Positions 40,253 to 52,556 of a DNA stretch of 64,000 nucleotides are shown in pieces. The position numbers and the translations under genes were made by a program. Position 1 is the first letter of the stretch. Every line of letters begins with the position of its first letter. The stretch is from Desulfobacterales bacterium (GTDB taxonomy: Bacteria; Desulfobacterota; Desulfobacteria; Desulfobacterales; Desulfolunaceae), in contig JAKSCC010000189.1 of assembly GCA_022360815.1 (NCBI GenBank), positions 19,145-83,144 on the forward strand. Reading direction: 5' to 3'. A model generated the notes under the pieces. The model saw only the letters and a program-made list of their open reading frames with translations. It was not told where the DNA came from and ran no database searches.

Positions 40253-42616
40253 TTACCGGGGGGTGTAGCTGGAGTCAAACCCACCAAGACCCGTTAAGTC
40301 TACGCCCAGGGTGACTCGCTTGTCGTCGTCGGTGATCTCATATTTTACAAAAAGAGACCAACAGGATGCCGTATAGGTGAGGCCGGCCATTTTTTTGATG
40401 TCACTTTCGGCCTCAATATCTCTTTCATAGCTCATGGAAAGGTCGACCCCGTAGCTCAATTCAAGCTCGATGCCCAGCTCAAGGGATTCGGAAGAGTCGT
40501 AAGTCGCTGCCGGAGGAATGCCAAGACTCTTGTGGATGGACTCCAGGGGGTCTCTTTTGAATCGGTTACTTAAAGTAAATTGGGTTTTTGTGGTGGGGGT
40601 GAAGGCCAGGGCGCTGTTTCGAGTAAGGATTTCGGATTCATACCAGCTCCAGGTTCCGTCAAAGGAGAAGGTTAGTGCATCGAGTGGTTTGATTTTTATC
40701 TCGGCATAAAACGGGGTAAAGGGCTCTTGGGTTAGGCCATTGCGAAAGCGTGCGCTGTCGGTTTCCCGATCTTCCCGCATGTCCCAGCTCTGAGAAAACT
40801 TGGTGGTGACGATATCCCGGTACGTGGCGCGTGCACCAAAAGGGGTTCGCGTTGTGAGGGCTTGGTCTAGAACCAGTGTAATGCTGTTTTTTCCTTTGAA
40901 TTCGTCGATGGTATCAAAGGTGGGATAGAATGTGGGGTTGAGCCGTTCTTGAAATGCGTAAGTGAATGTGGGCTTGATGCGGTGTCTTATTTTGTCCACA
41001 CTCTGGCCGCCCCAGTTGAAAATACGATAAAACTCGGTGGAGATATCGGTGTTAAACTCCGGAACCACGGCACTCTGAGTGCCACGTCGGTCGTCAAGGG
41101 GGTCTTGGGTGTTGATATTCCACCCAAGGGCTTTTGCTCCAGCGCTGGGGTCTACGGAAAAGATACCTGCTCGAAATGGCATATAGAGTTTGGGGCGGAT
41201 ATAAGCCCTTTCTCCATCGTAGAGATTGGAGGTGAGATCCTTGCGATAGAAAGAGGCGGCACCACCTTCCATGGACCACTGAAGTCTTCCCAGGGGCAGA
41301 GCCGATCTGGACTGGCTGAAGAGGAAGGTGGGCAAGCTTTGAAGGGTGGTATCGCTGCTGTCTTGGGAGCGGGCAAGAACATTGTCATTCCAGATGGCCG
41401 AAAGGCTGGTGGTGAGACGCCCCGATGTTTTTGTAAAAGAGAAGCTGTTTTTTCTGACCGTGTCGGTCTCTTCTTCAATGGTGCGGCCCGAAAAGAGGGT
41501 GAAGGCTTCTTGGGTCTCGTCAAACCCTGAGGGGCCGTCGGCAAATTCTTGAAGGTAGTCCTGGTCGCTGACCCAGTCGATATCCAGTTGGGCTTTGATG
41601 CCGGCTCCCAGCTGCTGGTCGGCTTTGCCGCGAATCCAGTAACGGTGGGTATTGGTCCGAGTGCCGGTGCTGCTGTAAGCCCAGGTTTGGGTGTCTGGGG
41701 TGCCATCATCGATTTTGCTGTCAGTGAAGCCCTCCGCCATAAAGATGCCTTTGGATGTTTTTGAGGCGACGTAGCGGAATTCGCCACCAATTTTAAAGCC
41801 ACGCTTGCTCATGTGGTGGGCGTAGAGGGTTGCATCCATGCTTTCGCCAAGGGCCAGGAAGAGGGGTTGGTTGATCTCAAACCCTTTGCGTGTAGACTCT
41901 CCGATGCTGGGGGCGAGAAGGCCGGTCTGGCGTTTGATTTTTACCGGAAAGAGGAGAAAGGGCGTGTAGCCCACAGGAATGCCTCCGGTGGTTAACACCA
42001 CATGCTTTGCGGTGCCATATCCTTCGATGGTGACATCAAGGTTTCGTCCGGTGATTTTCCAGTCTGGATCGTCACCATCGCAGGTGGTGATGCTTACTCT
42101 TTCGGCCTGATAGCGAGCCTCTCCTGTTTTTTTAAGGGTTTCTCCTCGAATCCAGAGGTTGTTGCTCTTGATAAAGAGTGTTCCCTTGGTGATGGTGCCG
42201 GTTTTGGCACCCATATCGTAGGAGATGCTTTCAGCCTCCACCTCCTGTGATCTTCCAAGAAGGCGGACGTTGCCTTTGGCTTCGGCCTGGTTGTTTTTTG
42301 TGTTGTATCGAATCTCATCGGCGTAGAGGGTGGTGTCGCCGTAGGTGAGAATGACGTTGCCTCTGGCAATATTGACCCCTGAAACGTCGTCGTACGAGGT
42401 GTGGTCTCCCTCCAAATTGATATAGGCAGGGTGTTGTTGCTGGGCCTGTACGGGAGAAAAAGCCAAGAGGATTCCCAGCAGGGTGAAGAGTATCGATCGA
42501 AAAAGGGGTATGGGGGTGCTTATCAATTTGGGCGTACCGTCAGGCTTGTGTACCTCAGCAAATGGGTGAAGGAAGCAGCCAGCACAAAGCCGGGCTTTTG
42601 TTTTATGCGAACACAT
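40253..42616 (-). CDS. lptD: LPS-assembly protein LptD (start uncertain)
   Basis: Signal peptide ending VQA, beta-jellyroll N-terminus, TTC..PDW, KRQTGLLAP, YTASCW near C-terminus. Confidence 0.85.
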   Translation of the reverse strand: MCSHKTKARLCAGCFLHPFAEVHKPDGTPKLISTPIPLFRSILFTLLGILLAFSPVQAQQQHPAYINLEGDHTSYDDVSGVNIARGNVILTYGDTTLYADEIRYNTKNNQAEAKGNVRLLGRSQEVEAESISYDMGAKTGTITKGTLFIKSNNLWIRGETLKKTGEARYQAERVSITTCDGDDPDWKITGRNLDVTIEGYGTAKHVVLTTGGIPVGYTPFLLFPVKIKRQTGLLAPSIGESTRKGFEINQPLFLALGESMDATLYAHHMSKRGFKIGGEFRYVASKTSKGIFMAEGFTDSKIDDGTPDTQTWAYSSTGTRTNTHRYWIRGKADQQLGAGIKAQLDIDWVSDQDYLQEFADGPSGFDETQEAFTLFSGRTIEEETDTVRKNSFSFTKTSGRLTTSLSAIWNDNVLARSQDSSDTTLQSLPTFLFSQSRSALPLGRLQWSMEGGAASFYRKDLTSNLYDGERAYIRPKLYMPFRAGIFSVDPSAGAKALGWNINTQDPLDDRRGTQSAVVPEFNTDISTEFYRIFNWGGQSVDKIRHRIKPTFTYAFQERLNPTFYPTFDTIDEFKGKNSITLVLDQALTTRTPFGARATYRDIVTTKFSQSWDMREDRETDSARFRNGLTQEPFTPFYAEIKIKPLDALTFSFDGTWSWYESEILTRNSALAFTPTTKTQFTLSNRFKRDPLESIHKSLGIPPAATYDSSESLELGIELELSYGVDLSMSYERDIEAESDIKKMAGLTYTASCWSLFVKYEITDDDKRVTLGVDLTGLGGFDSSYTPR

Positions 42617-43080
42617 TCAATGGGGTGCTCGGTGAATCATCCTGCACAAGGGGTTGCCGTGGTCGGGTGGTTTTTTTTGCCCCTTTACGGGGCGGGGCGT
42701 CTGCAACTGGATTTTTGGTGAACCATCACGTATGATGCCTCCTTGGAATTCGGCTACTGCGGCAACATGCCGGCTTGTGGCTCCAGCCCGTATCCGGTGG
42801 TTCCATGGGGCAACGGCGCAAAGCCATAATTTGGCGAGTGGTCACGAAACGTGACGTGGATGCGCTTTGCAAATGGTTTAAAATAGTGCGGCTTCAGGTG
42901 GAGGCAGCGTGAGGCGCTGCCCTATCTGGAAGATCCCCACAGAATCCTCACTTTATAAACCCTGAATTCATTGAAATGTCAAGGTGAAGATAGGGACAGC
43001 CCCTTTCATATCAACCTTTTCAGGCTTTTGGCTGTGAGGGGTTCACCTTGGTTTTTTATAACGACACGCCTGGAGAGATC

Positions 43081-43722
43081 ATGCTGATTACCCTTGAGGG
43101 GATTGAGGGCTCGGGAAAGAGCACTCAAATGAGACGGATTGCCCACCATCTAAATGGCCGGGGCCTTGCCTGTACGCTCACCCGTGAGCCGGGGGATACC
43201 CCCATTGGAAAAAAAATACGGGCTGTTTTGCTGGACCCGGCCAACAAAGAGTTGGTTCCCATGGCCGAGCTCTTTCTTTATGCGGCAGATCGAGCTCAGC
43301 ATCTGGGAGAAAGAGTGATACCTGCCCTGAGACGAGGTGAGGTGGTGGTGTGTGATCGATTTTTTGATGCCACCACAGCCTATCAGGGGTACGCTCGCGG
43401 GTTGGACCTCTCCATTATCACCAAAATTCATGGAATGGTTCTGGAAGGATTGCGTCCGGATTTAACCTTGCTTTTGGATTTGCCGGTAGACGTGGGGCTG
43501 GCCCGAGCGCGAGGTGCCTTGGCCAGTGGAGACAGATGCGAAAGCGAGTCTCGGTTTGAAGAGGAGGCTTTGGCATTTCACGAGAGGGTTCGAAGCGGGT
43601 ACCTATCCCTGGCAAAAGCCGAACCCGAGCGGTTTTGTATCGTTGATGCCACATCTACCCCAGATGAAGTGACCCAAGCCATTATAGGTGCCATTGATGC
43701 GCGCCTTGATGCCTCTCTGTGA
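43081..43722 (+). CDS. tmk: thymidylate kinase
   Basis: ITLEGIEGSGKST, TREPG, CDRF, AYQG, PDLTLLLD. Confidence 0.95.
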   Translation: MLITLEGIEGSGKSTQMRRIAHHLNGRGLACTLTREPGDTPIGKKIRAVLLDPANKELVPMAELFLYAADRAQHLGERVIPALRRGEVVVCDRFFDATTAYQGYARGLDLSIITKIHGMVLEGLRPDLTLLLDLPVDVGLARARGALASGDRCESESRFEEEALAFHERVRSGYLSLAKAEPERFCIVDATSTPDEVTQAIIGAIDARLDASL

Positions 43723-43794
43723 GAACATGATAAAGGGCGGCTTTTGGCGATGTGCTGATAATTTGCGAGACCTATCGCAGCAAGGACAAAACTC

Positions 43795-46083
43795 ATGACA
43801 AGCCACACCATTCTTGATGCCATTGGTAATACACCTTTGGTGCCGGTTACCCGTGTCAACCCCAATCCTCACGTGCAGATTTTTGCCAAGCTGGAGTACA
43901 TGAATCCTGGGGGGTCCATCAAAGACCGTGCGGCTCTTTCCATGATTGAGTATGGGGAAGAGTTGGGCGAATTGACTCCTGAAAAGACCGTCATTGAAGC
44001 CACCAGCGGCAACACCGGCATCGGTCTTGCTATGGTTTGCTCGGTCAAGGGGTATCGGCTCAAGCTGGCCATGAGCGAGGCGGTGAGTGAAGAACGTCAG
44101 AAGATTTTAAGGGCTCGAGGGGCTGAGATTGTGTTGACTCCTGGACACTTGGGCACCGACGGGGCCATCGAAGAGGTGGGACGGCTGGTGGCGGCTTCTC
44201 CTGAGAGCTACTACCGAAGTGATCAGTACAACTCTCCCGCCAACTGGATGGCCCATTACAACGGTACCGGTGTGGAGATCTTAGAGCAGTGCGATGGCAA
44301 GGTGGATTGTGTGGTGGCGTCCATGGGAACCACCGGAACGCTGATGGGGCTCTCCCGGCGCATGAAAGCCTATGATGAGGCCATTCGAGTGGTGGGGGTG
44401 GAGCCCTATCTCGGGCACGGCATTCAGGGGTTAAAGAATATGAAGGAGGCCAACGAACCTGGCATTTACGAAAAGGATCGCCTGGATGCAAAGGTCAATA
44501 TCGAAGACGATGAAGCTTTTGACATGACCCGAAGGCTTGCTTCAGAAGAGGGCCTTTTTGTGGGGATGAGCAGCGGGGCGGCCATGGCAGCTGCCGTAAA
44601 GGAGGCTGCGGCCATGGCGTCTGGTGTGGTTGTAGTGGTGCTTCCTGACAGCGGGGAGCGATATCTCTCCACCCATCTTTTTTCGGTTCAGGATAAACCC
44701 GGTCCTGTTTTGCACAACACGCGAACCGGTCGAAAAGAGATGTTTGCTCCCAAAGAGCCGGGAAGTGTAACCCTTTATACGTGTGGTCCCACCGTTCATC
44801 AGGCCATGGACCTCTCTTTGATGCGTCGTTTTCTCTTTACCGATCTTTTGAGTCGGTATTTGGCGTTTCGTGGGTTTTCTGTTCGGCACGTGGTGAATAT
44901 CACCGATTTGGATGATAAGACCATTGCCGGGGCCTTGCGAAGCGGGCTCTCTCTTTCTGAATTCACCCAAGAGTGGATTGAACGGTTTCATAAAGACCTC
45001 AAGGCATTGAAGGTGATGCCAGCCGAAGCCTATCCCAGGGTAAGTGAACAGGTGGGTGAGATGGTTGCTGTTACTGAAGCGCTTCTTAAGAAAGGTGTGG
45101 CTTATGAAAAGCTTCACTCCATCTACTTTGATATTTCAAGGGTCGACGAGTACGGGGTGATGTCCGGGGTGGATATTGAGAAGATTCGTCTGGGTGCCAC
45201 TGTGGACCTGGATGAGTATGAGAAGGAGAACCCCCGCGATTTTACCCTTTTTAAACGCACCGGAGGGAAAGAACGGGAGATGGGTGTTTCGGTCTCCACG
45301 CGGTGGGGGCAGGTTCGCCCGTCACTTCACGTGCAATGTGCTGCCATCTCCATGGCCCATCTTGGTGAGAATTTTGATATTCATACCAGCAGTCGTGAGC
45401 TCCTTTTTCCCCACCACGAGAACGAAGAGGCCATTGCCAGGGGGCTTACCGGTAAGGCTTTGGCCCGATTTTGGCTTCATTGCGATCGGGTGCTTGCCGG
45501 TGGTAGGAAGATGGCTCAAGGGGAGGATCGCATCACCCTTGAGACGGTTGAGGCCATGGGGTACAGTCCTCGTGTTTTAAGGTATTGGATGCTCTCCGGA
45601 CACTATGGAAAGGCCCTGCACTTTTCCAAAGAACGGTTGGCTGAAGCGGCCAAAGCCTTAAATAAAATCGATGCCTGCGTTAAAGCCCTTACCCATCGAA
45701 AGGATGGTATTCCTTATCTGGATATGGATCAGCTGGTCTATGATATTCGGCGGGGGTTGATTGATGCCATGGATGATGATCTGAATGTCTCTCGGGCTTT
45801 GGCTGTTCTCTTTAAATCCATTCGGTGTATCAACGTCTTTTTGGGCGAGGGGTTAATCGATGCCGATGGAGCCCAAGAGCTTCTTAAGATCTTTCGAAAT
45901 GTGGATCAGGTGTTGGGGATATTTGATTTTTCCGTGGCTGAATCCGATCTGGACGATGAGGTGAGGCTCCTTATCAAACGGCGAGAGGCGGCCAGGCAGC
46001 GCAAGGCATGGGATGAGGCCGACGCCCTTCGGGAGCAACTTGAAGCATTGGGGGTCTCTCTTCAAGATGCCAGCGTCTCTTAA
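43795..46083 (+). CDS. cysteine synthase fused to a degenerate cysteinyl-tRNA synthetase domain
   Basis: aa 1-~300: KLEYMNPGGSIKDR, ATSGNTG, GTTGT, PDSGERYLS; aa ~303-762: YTCGPTV, NITDLDDK, FPHHENE, DDDLN, ADALR. Confidence 0.9.
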   Translation: MTSHTILDAIGNTPLVPVTRVNPNPHVQIFAKLEYMNPGGSIKDRAALSMIEYGEELGELTPEKTVIEATSGNTGIGLAMVCSVKGYRLKLAMSEAVSEERQKILRARGAEIVLTPGHLGTDGAIEEVGRLVAASPESYYRSDQYNSPANWMAHYNGTGVEILEQCDGKVDCVVASMGTTGTLMGLSRRMKAYDEAIRVVGVEPYLGHGIQGLKNMKEANEPGIYEKDRLDAKVNIEDDEAFDMTRRLASEEGLFVGMSSGAAMAAAVKEAAAMASGVVVVVLPDSGERYLSTHLFSVQDKPGPVLHNTRTGRKEMFAPKEPGSVTLYTCGPTVHQAMDLSLMRRFLFTDLLSRYLAFRGFSVRHVVNITDLDDKTIAGALRSGLSLSEFTQEWIERFHKDLKALKVMPAEAYPRVSEQVGEMVAVTEALLKKGVAYEKLHSIYFDISRVDEYGVMSGVDIEKIRLGATVDLDEYEKENPRDFTLFKRTGGKEREMGVSVSTRWGQVRPSLHVQCAAISMAHLGENFDIHTSSRELLFPHHENEEAIARGLTGKALARFWLHCDRVLAGGRKMAQGEDRITLETVEAMGYSPRVLRYWMLSGHYGKALHFSKERLAEAAKALNKIDACVKALTHRKDGIPYLDMDQLVYDIRRGLIDAMDDDLNVSRALAVLFKSIRCINVFLGEGLIDADGAQELLKIFRNVDQVLGIFDFSVAESDLDDEVRLLIKRREAARQRKAWDEADALREQLEALGVSLQDASVS

Positions 46084-46285
46084 AAAGTTATGAATCTTCA
46101 AAAAAGTGAGTTGAAACATTTTGGGTGTTTACTGTTTAAAACAGCTTCAATGGTGAAGTGCTTGCGCCTCGGTCGTTTAAAATGAGAAGATCCGTACCTG
46201 TTCCTGCGAGGGTCAAGGGGCAGGTTGACATTATTTATGAGGCCGTCTTGTTTTTTGTGGCGGCGTGGATGAAGGAGTAAGCCCC

Positions 46286-47188
46286 ATGCGTGTTCGATAT
46301 TTTCCCTATACGCGGTTGAGTGAGCCCATGGCATCTCAGGTGACCGAAATTTTTGAGGAGGTGACACTTATCACCACCTCGTTGGATACACCTTTACCGA
46401 ACGGGGTGTGCGGCGTTGCCCCACCTTCTGATGAGGCCCAGCGCCAGGATGAACTACTTGCTGGATGGCGCCAGTACAGTGGGCTTCATGGGGCAGGAGT
46501 GACCACTTATGCCCTTGGGGGGTGCCGCCATTTTGATCCGTTGAACGAGCAGTTGACCACCCAGATTAAAAGTGAGCTTCTTCGTCAAGTGGAGGGCGAA
46601 TCATCCACCGAGCCGGATAGGCCGATGGCTGCTCGGGTGTTTTTGGCGCTTGCTGAAGAGCTTGACGTACAAAGTCAGGAGTTGAGGGCGGAACTGGAGA
46701 AGATTGAAGGAGCAGAACAAGGGCTGTTTGATGCGTTGAAGGGGGAGATCGATCCGCCAGGTTCTACCTTTATAAAAGAAGGCGCTGAGGCAGACGATGT
46801 GGGGATGGCAAAGCGGCTTTCGGCCTGGTCTGCTCTTTTTGTCAATGAACCGGGTGCCTTTGAGGATAGGGTTTTTGCAACACACAGTCGTGAGGCCTTT
46901 GAGCTGGTCGAGGAGTTTTGTGGTGGCTTAAAATTGTTGGGACGGTATCATGGAATTCGACTGGATACCAGTGCCTTATCTTCGCTTCTTGAGGGCTGTC
47001 CCCTTGTTGAAGATGGTGAGGCGGCTGTTTGTGCAAGAATATATATTGCTGAAGGTGAACACCCTTTCAAAGTGTTTCATAAGTTTGCAGATACCTTCTC
47101 GAGTGATGGTGGCGGATCGGGATTTCAACCTATTGAAACAAAAAGTAATTTTATAGTTGTTCTTCTTGAGGGTATTGCCTGCGCCTAG
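46286..47188 (+). CDS. hypothetical protein
   Basis: Long ORF with AAGGAG RBS; acidic; no recognised motif. Confidence 0.7.
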   Translation: MRVRYFPYTRLSEPMASQVTEIFEEVTLITTSLDTPLPNGVCGVAPPSDEAQRQDELLAGWRQYSGLHGAGVTTYALGGCRHFDPLNEQLTTQIKSELLRQVEGESSTEPDRPMAARVFLALAEELDVQSQELRAELEKIEGAEQGLFDALKGEIDPPGSTFIKEGAEADDVGMAKRLSAWSALFVNEPGAFEDRVFATHSREAFELVEEFCGGLKLLGRYHGIRLDTSALSSLLEGCPLVEDGEAAVCARIYIAEGEHPFKVFHKFADTFSSDGGGSGFQPIETKSNFIVVLLEGIACA

Positions 47189-47363
47189 TGATGAAGAAAG
47201 GGGTATTTCAGCATTTTCTTTTTTTTTAAAACCATGTTGACAGCCCCAGAAAAATATATCATGAATATATCTGACTTCGACATGACAGATTATCTTCAGG
47301 CCCCGTGGGGCTTGATTATAGTTTGGGTGAGAATATGACAATTTTTTTTAAGGAGGCTTAAAG

Positions 47364-47552
47364 ATGGGTTTCGATCCTAAAGTAGATGTAGACAAGTGCA
47401 CCGGTTGCGAAGAATGTGTAGACGTATGCCCCACTGAGGTATTCGAAATGAAGGACGGCAAGTCCGATCCTGTTAACGCTGAAGAGTGCCTTGGCTGCGA
47501 AAGCTGCGTAGAGGTATGCGAGTCTGATGCTATTACAGTTGAAGAAAACTAG
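47364..47552 (+). CDS. 2[4Fe-4S] ferredoxin
   Basis: CTGCEECVDVCP and CLGCESCVEVC; strong AAGGAGG RBS. Confidence 0.95.
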   Translation: MGFDPKVDVDKCTGCEECVDVCPTEVFEMKDGKSDPVNAEECLGCESCVEVCESDAITVEEN

Positions 47553-47572
47553 TTAACGTTTTCTTTTGCTTT

Positions 47573-47609
47573 GCCCCGGTCATCCCGTAAGGGATTTCCG
47601 GGGTTTTTT
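47573..47609 (+). terminator. intrinsic terminator after ferredoxin
   Basis: gccccgg..atccc-gtaa-gggat..ccggggt followed by a T run. Confidence 0.75.
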
Positions 47610-48054
47610 ATTGCCCGCAAAAGGTGAAATGTGAGGTTTTAAAATAGAACCTGTCCCCAAGAAGAGGGCGGCTGATCTGGGTTGAGCTTTGGTGTAACCT
47701 CTTATGAGATAAGGCTATTTGTTGATGTTTTGGTTTTTGGGGTCTGGAACAACCATCTTGCTTGAAGGGGTAAATTATGATACGTCGTTTCACTGTGAAG
47801 ACCTTGCAAATGAAGAGATCCAGTCCTTTTTTTTCTTAAATTGGAATTAAGGACGGTTGGCATTTCTGTATGCGGCTCTTTAGCCTGATTATAGAACATG
47901 AAGATGGCCTTGCAAAAATACCAATGGTGTTCAGTAAGACTGGGATGAGAGCGTCTCAGGGCTTTGGTCGCCCCTGCTTGTTGTCTGTTTTTTTTGTTAG
48001 GGTTATCGGTAAAAAATGAAGAGAGGGTCACTGCTGACCCGGCCGAAGGATGGT

Positions 48055-48387
48055 ATGAAGCAGTATGTAATTGATGAACTCCGGCCCGAAGATCACGAGA
48101 AGATTAAAGCATGGATGGATGAGCATTTGGAGACCGCTCCTTTGGGTGGACTCTACTGGCTTCCTTTGGAGGAAGCACTTCTCGAAGAGCTTCAGCGGGA
48201 GCACCTCCAATGTGCACCGCACTTTTTTGCGCTTGAGCTTCTTGACGACCGATTGTGCTGCGAGCTTCTGGTGAGAACCCGAAAGCGGGTCTCCTGCAAT
48301 TGTATGGCCTATGCCACTGAGCGTCAGACGCTTTGGTTGATGGCACAGATAGATGCCATTTTTGCCCGGACGGGCACGCAGAATTGA
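48055..48387 (+). CDS. hypothetical Cys/His-containing small protein
   Basis: ATG after AAGGA; HxxCxPH, ELLVR and CxC pattern. Confidence 0.7.
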   Translation: MKQYVIDELRPEDHEKIKAWMDEHLETAPLGGLYWLPLEEALLEELQREHLQCAPHFFALELLDDRLCCELLVRTRKRVSCNCMAYATERQTLWLMAQIDAIFARTGTQN

Positions 48388-48604
48388 CGGGCTCGGGGTA
48401 TGCCCGGGATTTTCATGGTCTTCACAGTCCCATCCTTTGCGTAGCGCCCTGCCCCTAATCGTTTTGATGGCTGTTGTAAAATAGTGAATTTGTGGAACAG
48501 GCCCTTTTATAGTTTTGGGGCGTTTTTTCTGATTTTCCAAAATATCGTTTTACAAAGCCACCACAAATCAAAAATCCGCTTTTAGACAAAATGTTGGTAG
48601 ACAG

Positions 48605-50287
48605 ATGGAAAAGATGCAATCACCGGAAGAGGTGAAGACCTTGAGGATCATCCCCCTTGGCGGGCTGGGTGAGATTGGTCTCAACATGATGGTGATCGAA
48701 TATGGAGAGGATGCCATCATCATTGATGCGGGCCTGATGTTTCCTGAAGATTACATGTTGGGGATTGATATTGTGATTCCTGCCATGGATTACATCAAGC
48801 AGAATGCCTCCCGCATGCTGGCTGTTATTCTCACCCATGCCCACGAAGACCATATTGGTGCTTTGCCCTATCTTCTTCGTGAGGTGGACCTGCCCGTGTA
48901 CGGCACTCCCTTTACCTTGGGAATTGTCAGTCGAAAACTCGAGGAGCAAACCGGCCTTTCAGGGGTGACCCTTAATGAGTTCCACGCAGGGCAGCTTCTT
49001 CGCATCGGCCCCTTTGAGATTGATCCCATTCGCGTGAGTCACTCCACCGTAGATGGGGTGGGCCTTGCCGTGCGCACACCCCGGGGGGTTGTGGTTCATA
49101 CCGGTGACTTTAAAATCAGCCTCTCTGGAACCGAATCGTCTATGACCGATGTCAACAGCTTTGCTCGGTACGGAGAAAAAGGGGTTTTGGCTCTTCTATC
49201 GGATTCCACCAATGTGGAAAAAAAAGGGTATACCATCTCAGACCATGAGGTGGCAGACTCTTTGCGCCGAGTGGCCATGGAGGCCGAAGGCCGGATTGTG
49301 GTGGCGCTTTTTGCCTCCAATGTGGCCCGGATTCAGGAGATCGTAAACATCGCTCAAGCCAAGGGGTGCAAGGTGGTTTTCTGTGGGCGTTCGGTAGAGC
49401 TTACCGCCCGCATCGCCCGAGAGCTTGGCTATCTTCATATTCCGCCGGGTATGGAGATTGACATTCGTCGTATTGGAGAGTTTCCGGCCAATCGTCTGAT
49501 TCTCATCACCACAGGCAGCCAGGGTGAGCCCATGAGCGCTCTGGCTCGTATGGCTGCTGGCACCCACAAGCACATTAAGATTCGAAAAGATGACACCATT
49601 GTCTTCTCCTCCAAAGTCATCCCGGGAAACGAGAAGGCCATTGCAGGCATCATCAATACCATTTATCGGCTTGGGGCCAATGTGGTTTATGAAAAGACGG
49701 CCCCGGTGCATGTTTCGGGTCATGCCCATCAAGAAGAGTTGAAGACCATGATGCACCTGACTCGGCCTCGGTATTTTATCCCTATTCACGGGGAGTATCG
49801 CCATCTGGTGCACCATGCGCGCCTGGCCAATTCAGCAGGCATTCCTGAAGAGAACGTGGTTTTGGCAGAAAATGGCCATGTGATCACCTTTAACGACGAC
49901 GGGGTTGAACTCTCTGGAAAAGTGCCAACCGGTCGGGTGCTGGTGGATGGCAAAGGTGTGGGAGACGTGGGGCGAAGCGTGCTCAAAGAGCGCCAGATGC
50001 TCGCCGAGGATGGTCTGGTTGTGGTGACCATTGTCTTTGATGAAGAGACGGGCGTTATTGTGTACGGGCCTGAGATTGTCTCCCGCGGTTTTGTTTTCTG
50101 GACGGCCACCGGTCACCTTTTGGATGATGCCCAGTGCGTTATTCTTGAGGTGGTAGAGGAGATTGGTTGGGATGCACCCAACCGTACGGATCTGGTGCGC
50201 TCAAAAATTCAAAAAGCCCTGCGTCAATACTTTAATTTTACCATCAAAAGGCGTCCCATTATCGTCCCTGTAATTATGGAGCTATAG
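48605..50287 (+). CDS. rnj: ribonuclease J
   Basis: PLGGLGEIGLN, THAHEDHIG, HTGDFK, TGSQGEP, HVSGH, PIHGE. Confidence 0.95.
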   Translation: MEKMQSPEEVKTLRIIPLGGLGEIGLNMMVIEYGEDAIIIDAGLMFPEDYMLGIDIVIPAMDYIKQNASRMLAVILTHAHEDHIGALPYLLREVDLPVYGTPFTLGIVSRKLEEQTGLSGVTLNEFHAGQLLRIGPFEIDPIRVSHSTVDGVGLAVRTPRGVVVHTGDFKISLSGTESSMTDVNSFARYGEKGVLALLSDSTNVEKKGYTISDHEVADSLRRVAMEAEGRIVVALFASNVARIQEIVNIAQAKGCKVVFCGRSVELTARIARELGYLHIPPGMEIDIRRIGEFPANRLILITTGSQGEPMSALARMAAGTHKHIKIRKDDTIVFSSKVIPGNEKAIAGIINTIYRLGANVVYEKTAPVHVSGHAHQEELKTMMHLTRPRYFIPIHGEYRHLVHHARLANSAGIPEENVVLAENGHVITFNDDGVELSGKVPTGRVLVDGKGVGDVGRSVLKERQMLAEDGLVVVTIVFDEETGVIVYGPEIVSRGFVFWTATGHLLDDAQCVILEVVEEIGWDAPNRTDLVRSKIQKALRQYFNFTIKRRPIIVPVIMEL

Positions 50288-50294
50288 ATCGGCA

Positions 50295-52487
<2,193 letters not shown>

Positions 52488-52556
52488 GACGTCTCGCATG
52501 GTTTCAGTGCGGTAATATGGTTTTTTTTGAAGGTTTTTGAGTGTAAAGGTGTAACG

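Noticed and set aside
42800-42860. ggcgcaaagcc resembling a c-di-GMP-I riboswitch
   Set aside because: Lacks the upstream GGCAAACC stem and GAAA tetraloop and the downstream P3 consensus
47608-48031. Minus-strand ORFs in the ferredoxin downstream spacer
   Set aside because: Low-complexity K/N/T/P-rich translations typical of AT-rich intergenic DNA; no RBS seen
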